A DNA stretch of 32,293 bases from an uncultured Neomegalonema sp. (GTDB taxonomy: Bacteria; Pseudomonadota; Alphaproteobacteria; Rhodobacterales; Rhodobacteraceae): positions 1 through 32,293 of the forward strand of contig CAZBIG010000001.1 in assembly GCA_964491865.1 (NCBI GenBank). Reading direction: 5' to 3'. Below are positions 1 through 8,300 of the stretch, in pieces. A program made the translations under genes and the position numbers. The notes under the pieces are model-generated. The model saw only the letters and a list, made by a program, of their open reading frames with translations. It searched no databases and was not told where the DNA came from. The first letter of the stretch is position 1. Each line of letters opens with the position of its first letter.

Positions 1-1
1 C

Positions 2-1945
2 GAGGCCGCGGCGCAGGCTTTCGAGACAGAGACCCGGACGACGGTCGTCGAGGCCCGCGACGCGTCGCTTGACCCCGTGCCCGGCGCGGCCGCGCCCCCG
101 CCGCCGCGCGCCGCCTGGCTCGACCGGATCGCGCGGGCCGCCGACGGCGTCCGCGCCCAGGGCGCCGCGCTTCGGGCCTGGTGCGAATGGCGCCGACTGC
201 GCGCCGACGCGCTGGCGCTCGACCTCGCCCCCGTGATCGACGCGATCGAACTCGGCCGGATCGAACCAGGGGCCGCAACCGAGGCCTTCCAGCGCGCCTT
301 CGCGGTCTGGTGGGCCGCCCGCGTCATCGACGCCGAGCCCGCGCTCCGCGGCTTTGCGCCCAGCACCGCTCAGGTGGCCGCCGAAGAACTCGGCGAGACG
401 GCGGCGCGGATCCGCGAGCGCCGGCGCGCGGCGATCCGCGCGCGCAGCCTCGAACGGCGCCCGACGGCCGAGGCGCTCGGCGCGGATCAGGAAATGAGCG
501 TTCTCGCCGCCGAGATCGAAAGGAAAAGAGGCGGGCGCACCCTGCGCGAGCTTCTATCGGCGATCCCGGAGTTGCTGCCCCGCCTGACGCCCTGCGTCAT
601 GATGAGCCCGATGTCCGTCGCCCAGCATCTCGATGTCGCGAAGAACGTCTTCGACGTGGTGATCTTCGACGAGGCCTCGCAGATCACCACCGCCGACGCG
701 ATCGGCGCGATCGCCCGCGGCCGCCAGACCATCATTGTCGGCGACCCCAAGCAGCTGCCGCCAACCAGCTTCTTCGAGCGCCAAGGATCCGAGCAGGAGG
801 GCGACGCCGAGGAGGCCGACGTCGAAGAGGACCAGGAATCGATCCTGGACGAGTGCGTCGCGCGTCAACTTCCGGTCCTGCGGCTCGACTGGCACTATCG
901 CAGCCGCGACGAGAGCCTGATCGCCTTTTCGAACCGCCTCTATTACGGCGGCGGCCTCGTGACCTTTCCGTCGACGCGTCCCGAGGCGCGGCGCGTGGCG
1001 CTGCGCCGCTGCCCGGGCGTTTACGAGCGGGGCGGATCCCGCACCAACCCGATCGAGGCGGCGGCCGTGGTCGAGGCGCTGTTCGATCGGCTGAAGGCCG
1101 ACCTCGAGACCGGGGCGACGACCAGCTACGGCGTCATCACCTTCAACGCGGAACAGCAGCGCGCGATCGAAGATCTGATCGAGACGCGGCTCCGCGACGA
1201 GCCCGGTCTTGACGCGGCCTTCTCGGACGACGCCGAGGAACCGGTGATCGTGAAGAACCTGGAAAGCATCCAGGGCGACGAACGCGACGTGATCTTCTTC
1301 TCGGTCGCTTACGGGCCCGACAAAGACGGCCTGCTGACGATGAACTTCGGGCCGCTCAACAAGACGGGCGGCGAGCGACGGCTGAACGTCGCGGTCAGCC
1401 GGGCGCGGGCCGAACTGGTCGCCTTCGCCTCGATCGGCGCGGGCGACATCGACCTCAATCGCACCGACGCGGCCGGCGTCGCGGATTTGCGGCGCTTCCT
1501 CGACTATGCGGACCGCGGGGTCGCGGCCCTGCCGAAAGGGCCCGAGGGCGTCGCTCCAGGCCCCTGCGCGTTCGCCGAGACGGTCGCTCGGGCGCTTCGG
1601 GCGCGACGCTGGACCGTCGATCTCGACCTCGGCTTGTCCGCGGCGCGCGTCGATCTCGCGGTGCGAGACCCTCGCGACCCCGCCGTCTATCTGGCCGCCG
1701 TGCAGCTCGACGGCCCGAACTGGGCCGCCACGCCCACGGCGCTCGACCGCGAGGCGACCCGGAAAACGGCGCTCGAAGCTCTCGGCTGGCGCGTCCGCCG
1801 CGAACACCTGCTCGACTGGCGTCGCGACCCCGCCGGCGCGGCGGATCGGCTGGACAACGCCCTGCGCGGCTTCACCGGCGCTCGGGCGTCGGCGGCCGAG
1901 ACCGTCGGCCCGGCGCAGCTCTGCATGACCTGGAAAACATCTTAA
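2..1945 (+). CDS. C-terminal portion (5'-truncated by window edge) of a large SF1B Upf1/DNA2-like helicase with a C-terminal DUF559/Vsr-like (PD-(D/E)xK-fold) region
   Basis: The frame is open from position 2, so the track's GTG at 77 is probably internal. Helicase motifs are in order: FDVVIFDEASQ (motif II), IIVGDPKQLPPT (motif III), LDWHYRSRDESLIAFSN, GVITFNAEQQ, LESIQGDERDVIFFSV (motif V), RRLNVAVSRAR (motif VI). The Walker A motif is not in the window, consistent with truncation. The C-terminal tail has RVDLAVRD...VQLDG...LEALGWRV, resembling the endonuclease-like tail of DUF4011/DUF3320-type helicases. Stop is TAA at 1943..1945. Confidence 0.85.
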   Translation, partial: EAAAQAFETETRTTVVEARDASLDPVPGAAAPPPPRAAWLDRIARAADGVRAQGAALRAWCEWRRLRADALALDLAPVIDAIELGRIEPGAATEAFQRAFAVWWAARVIDAEPALRGFAPSTAQVAAEELGETAARIRERRRAAIRARSLERRPTAEALGADQEMSVLAAEIERKRGGRTLRELLSAIPELLPRLTPCVMMSPMSVAQHLDVAKNVFDVVIFDEASQITTADAIGAIARGRQTIIVGDPKQLPPTSFFERQGSEQEGDAEEADVEEDQESILDECVARQLPVLRLDWHYRSRDESLIAFSNRLYYGGGLVTFPSTRPEARRVALRRCPGVYERGGSRTNPIEAAAVVEALFDRLKADLETGATTSYGVITFNAEQQRAIEDLIETRLRDEPGLDAAFSDDAEEPVIVKNLESIQGDERDVIFFSVAYGPDKDGLLTMNFGPLNKTGGERRLNVAVSRARAELVAFASIGAGDIDLNRTDAAGVADLRRFLDYADRGVAALPKGPEGVAPGPCAFAETVARALRARRWTVDLDLGLSAARVDLAVRDPRDPAVYLAAVQLDGPNWAATPTALDREATRKTALEALGWRVRREHLLDWRRDPAGAADRLDNALRGFTGARASAAETVGPAQLCMTWKTS

Positions 1946-1955
1946 GCGCGGCGGC

Positions 1956-1987
1956 GCGCGGGAGCGGCCGACACGCCGCTCCCGCGC
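1956..1987. terminator. GC-rich hairpin between convergent genes (candidate bidirectional terminator)
   Basis: Perfect 13-bp stem GCGCGGGAGCGGC (1956..1968) pairs with GCCGCTCCCGCGC (1975..1987) around the 6-nt loop CGACAC. It starts 11 nt after the helicase stop. No T-tract follows on either strand, so this is not a canonical intrinsic terminator. Confidence 0.45.
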
Positions 1988-2021
1988 CATCTGCTCGATG
2001 TCGCGGCGACGTGGTCCCCCA

Positions 2022-2045
2022 CCCGTCGGATGAGCGGGCGACGGG
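2022..2045. terminator. Second, weaker hairpin downstream of gph
   Basis: 7-bp stem CCCGTCG (2022..2028) pairs with CGACGGG (2039..2045) around a 10-nt loop, about 34 nt beyond the gph stop on the minus strand. No U-tract. Confidence 0.25.
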
Positions 2046-2078
2046 GCTTAGATCAGGGCGCTCTTTGGGGGCTGCGGA

Positions 2079-2735
2079 TTAGCGCAGGTCCAGATGCGCG
2101 GCGAGATCCGCAAAGGCGTCGAACCGGAACGCCGCTTCGAAAGCTTCGGGCGGCTTTTTGCGGTAGCCGCCCGTGAACAGCGCGAAGGGCGCGCCGAGCG
2201 CCTGGGCCGTGCGTTCGTCGATTTCGCTGTCGCCGACATAGAGGCCGGCTTCGGCCGCCGCGCCCAAGGTCTCGAAACACAACCGGAGCGGGGCCGGATC
2301 GGGCTTGCGCGCCGCCAGCCGGTCGCCGCCGACCACCAGGCGGAAGCGGGACCGGAGACCGAGACGGTCGAGCACGGCCTCGGCGGCGGCCTCGGGCTTA
2401 TTGGTGCAGACCGCGAGCGGCGCGCCCGCCGCGTCGAGCGCCGCCAAAAGCGGCTCGACCCCGGGATAGGGCCGGGTGCGGCGGGTCGGATCCTCGCCAT
2501 AGGCTTCGAGGAACCGCGCGAGCGCGTCCGCGGCGAGCGTCGACGATCCCCCGCCGGTCGCCTCCAGGCAGCGCTCGATCAGCTTCGGCGCGCCCTCCCC
2601 GACGAACGACACGATGCGCTCGAGCGAGAGCGCCGGCCGCCCGAGCGCCGCCAAGGCGCGGTTGGCCGCGGCCTGCAGGTCGGGCGCGCTGTCGACCAGC
2701 GTGCCGTCGAGATCGAACACGATCGCGCGAACCAT
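2079..2735 (-). CDS. gph: Phosphoglycolate phosphatase (HAD superfamily)
   Basis: The track ORF 2079..2933 contains MVRAIVFDLDGTLVDSAPDL (HAD motif I, DxDGT) starting at its 67th residue. That ATG is at 2735..2733 and has GGGAG about 10 nt upstream. The 66 residues before it are Arg/Ala-rich and unlike HAD proteins. The rest matches Gph-type proteins (VCTNKPE, GGD...KPDP, YVGDSEID). The resulting length is 218 aa. Confidence 0.85.
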   Translation of the reverse strand: MVRAIVFDLDGTLVDSAPDLQAAANRALAALGRPALSLERIVSFVGEGAPKLIERCLEATGGGSSTLAADALARFLEAYGEDPTRRTRPYPGVEPLLAALDAAGAPLAVCTNKPEAAAEAVLDRLGLRSRFRLVVGGDRLAARKPDPAPLRLCFETLGAAAEAGLYVGDSEIDERTAQALGAPFALFTGGYRKKPPEAFEAAFRFDAFADLAAHLDLR

Positions 2736-2850
2736 GGCGGCTTGCTCCCTCGAACCACCGCGCCGACGCGTTGAACAACCGCGCCGGCGCGTCAATGCGC
2801 CCTCGGCCGGCGCGCGCCCGCTTCCCCCCTCCGCGGGGCCCGCCCGTCGA

Positions 2851-3771
2851 TCAGCCCTCGGCCGGCGCGAAGCGGAACGCTCCGTCCTTGCGCTCGACGC
2901 GGCCGATCCCGCCTGCGGGCAGATGGAAGCCAATGAAGCGGGCTTGCGACGCGCTCAGGCTCTCGAGCAACGCGACGCGGGTTCGGGCGCCGAGCGCCGG
3001 GTCTTGATCCGAGCCCGACGGCCAGTCGGGCCGCGCGAAGGCGATATGCGGATTGCCGATCGCATCCCCGACGATCATCACGCTCTGCGAACCCGACCGG
3101 ACGTCGAAGGCCATATGCCCAGGCGTGTGGCCGGCGGTCAGGCGGGCCGAAACGCCCGGCAGCACCTCGGCGCCGTCGTCGAACAGGGTGATCCGGTCGG
3201 CGAGCAGATCGAGCCGCCGCTTCGCCCCGGCGGCGAAGCTCGCCCGCGCGTCGCCGATCCGGTCGACCGTGTTCGGATCCATCCAGTAATCGAACTCGAC
3301 GCGCCCCATCATATGCTCGGCCTCGGCGAACAACGGCTCGTCGAAATCGTCGAGAACGCCCCACAGATGGTCGGGATGCCCATGGGTGAACACCAGATGG
3401 GTGACGTCTTCGGGCGCGACGCCGACTGCGTCGAGCGCTTCGAGCACCCGCCCGGCGCTCGCCTGGAAGCCGGGCCCGGCCCCGGCGTCGAACAGCGCCA
3501 CGCGGTCGCCGTCGCGCAGCAGGGTGAGATTGCAGGGCGGCGTCAGCTCGCCCTCGGGGCTCACCTCGAACGGCTTCAGCGCCTCGGCGAGGGCCGCCTG
3601 ATCCATCGGGCCGAACAGAAACTGAGCGGGCAGGGTCAGGCTCCCGTCGCTGACGCTGGTCAGTTCGATCGCGCCGATCTGCAGCGTCTCGCGGCTCCAG
3701 GCGGTGTGCGGCGCCAGCAGCGCGCCGCCCAGGGCCGCGGCCCCGAGCGTGAAACGGCGACGATCGATCAT
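2851..3771 (-). CDS. Tat-signal MBL-fold metallo-hydrolase (lactonase-like)
   Basis: N-terminus MIDRRRFTLGAAALGGALLAPHTAWS has a twin-arginine motif, a hydrophobic region and an AxS-like cleavage site. Metallo-beta-lactamase motif THGHPDH (HxHxDH) and a later GHTPGH are present. AAGGAG lies just upstream of the ATG at 3771. Confidence 0.8.
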   Translation of the reverse strand: MIDRRRFTLGAAALGGALLAPHTAWSRETLQIGAIELTSVSDGSLTLPAQFLFGPMDQAALAEALKPFEVSPEGELTPPCNLTLLRDGDRVALFDAGAGPGFQASAGRVLEALDAVGVAPEDVTHLVFTHGHPDHLWGVLDDFDEPLFAEAEHMMGRVEFDYWMDPNTVDRIGDARASFAAGAKRRLDLLADRITLFDDGAEVLPGVSARLTAGHTPGHMAFDVRSGSQSVMIVGDAIGNPHIAFARPDWPSGSDQDPALGARTRVALLESLSASQARFIGFHLPAGGIGRVERKDGAFRFAPAEG

Positions 3772-3819
3772 CGGGATCTCCTTCGACTGCGGGGCGCCGC
3801 GGACGGGCGCCGGAACGAC

Positions 3820-4530
3820 TTACCGCCCGTCGCCGCGCGCAGCTTCGGCCGCGGCGCGAAGGGCGCTGATGTTGTCGGCGTAGGCGCTCGGCGCCGCCGC
3901 CGAGCCGCCGCGGAAGACGGCCGACCCGGCGACCAGCACGTCCGCCCCGACGGCGGCGACCATGGGCGCCGTTTCGGGGGTCACGCCGCCGTCGATTTCA
4001 AGGTGGATCGGACGGTCGCCGATCATTGCGCGCAGCGCGCGCGCCTTTTCCACCTGCGCGTTGATGAAGGACTGTCCGCCGAAGCCCGGGTTCACCGTCA
4101 TCACGCACACCAAGTCGAGCTTATCGAGCACATGCTCGAGCGCCGCGACCGGCGTCGCCGGATTGAGCGCCGCGCCCGCCTTCGCCCCGAGATCGCGGAT
4201 GCGCTGAAGCGAGCGATCGAGATGGGGTCCCGCTTCGGCATGCACGGTCACGATGTCCGCGCCCGCCTGGACGAACGCCTCAAGATAGGGGTCGGCCGGC
4301 GCGATCATCAAATGGACGTCCATCACGCCCTGGATATGAGGCCGGATCGCCGCGCAGGTCTGCGGACCGAAGGTGATGTTCGGCACGAAATGCCCGTCCA
4401 TGACGTCCACATGGACCCAGTCGGCGCCCGACGCTTCGACAGCCCGACACTCGGCCCCGAAGTTCGCGAAGTCCGCCGCGAGGATAGACGGGGCGATCTT
4501 GATCGATCGGTCGAACACGGGCGCGCTCAT
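3820..4530 (-). CDS. rpe: Ribulose-phosphate 3-epimerase
   Basis: KIAPSILAADFANFG...WVHVDVMDGHFVPNITFG...DVHLM...MTVNPGFGGQSF...EIDGG is the canonical Rpe TIM-barrel signature. Length is 236 aa. Confidence 0.93.
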   Translation of the reverse strand: MSAPVFDRSIKIAPSILAADFANFGAECRAVEASGADWVHVDVMDGHFVPNITFGPQTCAAIRPHIQGVMDVHLMIAPADPYLEAFVQAGADIVTVHAEAGPHLDRSLQRIRDLGAKAGAALNPATPVAALEHVLDKLDLVCVMTVNPGFGGQSFINAQVEKARALRAMIGDRPIHLEIDGGVTPETAPMVAAVGADVLVAGSAVFRGGSAAAPSAYADNISALRAAAEAARGDGR

Positions 4531-4650
4531 GGCGTAAAGGGCTTTCTGTGGCGCGCGCTAAAGGGCGCTGGCGAGGCGACGCCTCGCCTTGTGCGGAGAC
4601 CGACGGCCCCTTGTCAATCGCGCCGCCTGCTGCCGCCTGGCGCCGCCAGA

Positions 4651-4666
4651 TGTGCGGCAGCGCACA
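4651..4666. promoter_or_regulatory. TGTG-N8-CACA palindrome (weak CRP/FNR-like site or small hairpin)
   Basis: TGTGCGGCAGCGCACA has a perfect 6-bp inverted repeat, TGTGCG/CGCACA. It lies 121 bp upstream of the rpe ATG. Confidence 0.25.
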
Positions 4667-5080
4667 GCGGGTCTGCGGCCCGCCCGGATCGCGCCGCGCC
4701 GATCATTACGGACGACGCCGCGAATAGGTTGCAATACTCCCGGCTGTCGACCGCCCCCTTTGACAAACCGACAGAGTCGCCGCTCTCTCCAAATGCCCAA
4801 AGCGATCTCTAAATGTTTCGCACCCTCTGCAAAGCCACTTTGATTTTCAAGATCGAACATGGCTTGAGCATTCTTGAATTTTTCATTTCTACTATTTTTG
4901 TACGCTTCTCGATTTCGTACGCATTTACAAGAGTTTTTGCATCAAATCATACTTTAATCAATCTATTTTCCCGAACAAATTGGCGCAGAAATGCAAAAAC
5001 TTGAAATATCTTATTCGGTTGAACGCAAAAAAGCAATTCAACTGATCTCAAAGCCGTTTTTTTTGGCGCCTTATACATAC

Positions 5081-5096
5081 TGTGATCTAGATCACA
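5081..5096. promoter_or_regulatory. Perfect CRP-consensus palindrome TGTGATCTAGATCACA (CRP/FNR-family operator candidate)
   Basis: This 16-bp perfect palindrome, TGTGA-N6-TCACA, is identical to the symmetric consensus core of E. coli CRP sites. It sits at the 3' edge of the AT-rich island, 247 bp upstream of the giant-gene ATG. A -10-like TACAAC at 5113..5118 would put the site centre near -37 to -42 (class II-like geometry, speculative). Confidence 0.55.
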
Positions 5097-5332
5097 GCTC
5101 GTCTCGAGCATTTACAACTGCGAGAGACGGACGGTAAATCGGGAATTGGCAAGGAGTCGGTTGAGAATTCGACAGAGAGCGGGGCGCGGCCGCCTGAAAC
5201 TTCGGGGCGGCGGCGGGCTGATCGCCCGCGCGGCGCGGGACACGCCGCTTTCGGATCGCCTCAACGCCGACGACGACGAATAAGCGCGCTCGACCGGGGA
5301 CCTGCCCCGACAGCTCGAACGCCGCGGGTCTT

Positions 5333-5336
5333 GGAG
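5333..5336 (+). promoter_or_regulatory. Shine-Dalgarno (GGAG) of the giant gene
   Basis: GGAG is followed by the 6-nt spacer TTGACG and then ATG at 5343. Confidence 0.6.
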
Positions 5337-5342
5337 TTGACG

Positions 5343-8300
5343 ATGACCGATGATCGTTGGGTTGACGAGCGGTGGGACGATACCGAAGCGAGCGACGGGC
5401 GGGACGCCCGCGCGCCGGCCGCGCCGCCGCAGGCGATCGCCGCGCCGACGGATCCCGACGCCGAGGCCTCGCTTCACTTCGAGCAGATCGAACCGCGGGT
5501 CTTGCTGTCGGCGGATCCGATCACCGCGAGCACCGACGCCGCGGAAATCATCGTTCAGACCGAACAGCTTGAAGATTACGACGGCGACGGAACCGCGGAC
5601 TCGGCGCTGACCGTGCGCGACGGCGACGGGCTGCTGGTGAAGTCCTGGAACCTCGCGACCTTCGGGGGCGACGATGTCGGCGCCACCCTCGAAATCGACG
5701 GCGCCGCCCCGGACGCCGGCGTTTCGCAGACCCTGACGATCCTGCACAGCGACGAGCTTGCGCGCTATGTCGACGAAATTCGCATCGACGGGGTCGAACC
5801 CGGCGCGCCGGCGTCGGACCGCTCGGCGATCGACACGATCGTGTTCGACAGCGCCAACGAAAACTACGATCTGGGCATCGACGCGGACCTCGATCTGCTG
5901 ACCGGCCGTCTGGCGGTGCAAGGCCTGCTGGTGGCGTTCGACGGCGGCGTCCGCATCGAAACGCCGGACGTCCTGCGGTCGGTCGATGTCAGCGTGATCG
6001 CGGACCGGGTCGAAACCGACCCCGCCGGCGGCGCGTTCAGCGTCGCCGAGGCGCTCGTCGGCGGTTCCGCTGCGATTTCGGGCGCGGTCGGCCTGTCCAG
6101 CGGCGAGACGCTGATCGACTTCCTGCTGCCGACCAGCGTTCAAGAACTGACCTTCTGGGGATCTTTCGGCGCCGACCAGCTCGAGATCGGCGGGGCGGCG
6201 GCCGCGGTGTGGGCCGTCGAGGGCGAGGTGGCGGACACCGGCCTGTTCGGCGCGGTCGAGGGTCGATCGTCGCCGCGGCTGGCCTTCCAAGGGATGGACG
6301 CGTTCGTGGGCTCGGCGGGCGACGACACGCTGCTCGGCTACGATGTCGGCGGCGCGGGCCTGTGGACCGTCGAGGACGAGGGCGTCTTCACCGCGTATGA
6401 CGCCTCGTTCTCGGGCTTCGAGCGCTTCGAGGCCGCGGGCTCGGGCGACACGATCTACTTTAAGGAGAACGGTTGGCTGAGCGCCGGCTTCGACGGCGGG
6501 TCGGACGCGACGCTGATCCTCGAGAGCGCGATCGACGCGCTTTCGGTCGCTCTCGACGCGACCGGCGAGGGCGTGATGACGCGCGGCGGTCAGACCGTCG
6601 CCGTGTCCGGCGTGACGCTCGTTGAGCGGCAGGACGAGAACAACGTCACGATTTTGTTCAACGACACGGACAACAACGTGACGCTCTCGTACGGCTATTT
6701 CGACGAGACCGACCTTGAGGACGCGCGCGACGCGAAAAAACAACCGTTTACGGGGGGCGCCGGTTATTATTGGCGTGTAAGCGAACAGGGCAAGGACGAC
6801 CGCTTCTTCAAAACGCCGCAGAACACGATCCGCTTCGATCTCGGGGCCGGGGCCGACCGTCTGGTGGTCGAGTCGACCGACACGTCGTTCAGCGGCAATC
6901 TCATCATCAACGGCGGCGCGGACTCCACCGTTCCGATCTTCTCGGCGACGAACTTTACGGATCCGTTCAACTGGGAGTACGAAGGCGACGAAGTCGTCTT
7001 CAAATCGGACGTCTTCACCGGCGGCGGCGACATCAAGGTCCGGGCCGAGGAAATCTTCGTCCGCTCCGGGGTGGCGCTCGACACGCGCCGCGGCGTTCAA
7101 AGCAACGGCGCGTTCCGGTCAACCGGCGACTCCGGCAAAATCGACCTCTTCGGCGAGAAAATCAAACTCCGCACGAACAGCGCGCTGTTGGCTGGCGCGA
7201 CCGGCGCGTTCAGCGCCGGCGACGTGCTGCTCGAAGTCGAGGAGGAGACCAAGCGCTATTTCTTGTCGCCGATCTCGCTGGCGGAGCGGGTTGTCGAAAT
7301 CGACGTCGCTCAGGGGGCTCGGGTCGAGGGCGCCAATGTCCGCATGATCGCGCGGGCGACCGACCTCGGCAGCGCGAAACACGCGCAAACCAAAGATCGA
7401 GACGCCGACCAGCCCCGCTTCTTCAGCGGCGTCTACGACGACTTCCAAGTGATGTTCCAACAGTTCCCGATCGCCTTCCTGAACCCGACCGGGATGAACG
7501 CCAGCGTCGGGATCCGCCAGGCGGACGCTTTCGTGACGGTCGACGGGGCCAGCATCGTGGCGTCGGACAGCGTGAAGCTGCGGACGAAAACCGATGTGAG
7601 CGCGAACGTCCAGGCGTTGGTCTACGATTCCTACCTGAACCAGCAAGCCGAGGCAGGCCGGACGGCCGGAGACTCCAAGACCAAGGGCATGACGCCCGAA
7701 GTCGCCGTCGCCTGGTCGCAAGTCTTCACCGAGAGCAAGGCCGTCGTGAAGGGGGGGTCAACGATCGTCGCCGGCGGCGACGTCGACATCATCGCCCAAG
7801 GGGCCGCGAGTTCGACGACTCTCGCCCGCATGTCCACGAACTTGCTGAGCAACAGCTTTTACAAAAAGAACCCGCAAGACTTCTCGGCCGCGGCGAACGC
7901 GGACAACAAAACGGGTTATAACGGCTCTCTGTCGGACAAGCATCGATCTTTCGCCTTCACCACAGCTTGGGTTGAAGCCGATCTGACGGCGCAATTGCGC
8001 GACACCAGCTCGATCGTCGCCGGCGGGGCGGTGAACGTTCTGTCGACGGGCTCGGCCAAGGCCAAGGGCGAGACCTCGATGAGCCTGTACCTGAACGTTT
8101 CAGGCGGCGCGGGCACTGTGTTCACGATCGACAAGTCGAAATCGCGGGCGATCGTCGAAGGCGACATCACCGCCGGGGGCAAGTTGCAGTCCGGCAGCAC
8201 CTTCGACGCGGCGGACCCGTATACGATACACTTCGACACGCATCTCGATTCCTATGTGATCGAGATGAAAGATCACGGCTTCGAAACCGGCGACCAAATT

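Larger units (their letters stand above)
4531..5342. promoter_or_regulatory. Divergent intergenic/promoter region between the rpe operon (-) and the giant gene (+)
   Basis: 812 bp with no credible CDS. 4531..4812 is GC-rich with small hairpins (e.g. GGCGAGGC/GCCTCGCC at 4570..4588). 4813..5100 is AT-rich (104 G+C of 288 nt by hand count). 5120..5342 is a GC-rich, hairpin-prone candidate leader (e.g. GCGGGC-TGATC-GCCCGC at 5213..5229). The transcription start sites are unknown. Confidence 0.6.

Noticed and set aside
554-1990. 478-aa minus-strand ORF, plus 181..1212 + (343 aa), overlapping the helicase.
   Set aside because: The helicase frame carries ordered SF1 motifs II-VI. These overlapping ORFs are Arg-rich shadows without motifs.
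2736-2933. 66-residue N-terminal extension of the gph ORF (track start at 2933).
   Set aside because: The extension (MASICPQAGSAASSARTERSASRRPRADRR...) is unlike HAD proteins and overlaps the 3' end of the MBL gene. The internal ATG at 2735 places the DxDGT motif 8 residues from the N-terminus, as in Gph proteins, and has a GGGAG Shine-Dalgarno.
2614-4812. 732-aa plus-strand ORF spanning the gph, MBL and rpe loci.
   Set aside because: It is antisense to three genes with clear family signatures. Its product is low-complexity and Arg/Ala/Gly-rich with no motifs.
4558-4860. Overlapping small ORFs 4558..4860 - (100 aa) and 4589..4843 + (84 aa) in the intergenic region.
   Set aside because: They are mutually antisense and Arg/Pro-rich with no motifs and no ribosome-binding site. 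They are most simply non-coding GC-rich DNA upstream of rpe.
4813-5004. 63-aa ORF in the AT-rich island (MFRTLCKATLIFKIEHGLSILEFFISTIFVRF...), a possible small hydrophobic protein.
   Set aside because: There is no Shine-Dalgarno upstream of its ATG. Hydrophobic, Phe/Ile-rich translations are expected by chance from AT-rich DNA. Its codon style is opposite to every real gene in the window. It could be revisited only with ribosome-profiling evidence.
4813-5110. AT-rich island as a remnant of an insertion sequence or integrated element.
   Set aside because: There are no terminal inverted repeats, no target-site duplication, no transposase or integrase fragment and no adjacent tRNA. Its position between divergent genes fits a promoter/regulatory region better.
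6195-6209. AAAAV stretch (residues ~285-289) as a possible LapG-type di-alanine cleavage site, (T/A/P)AA(G/V).
   Set aside because: The motif is short and Ala runs are common in this protein. It lies further from the N-terminus than known LapG sites. No LapG/LapD genes are visible. The evidence is insufficient.
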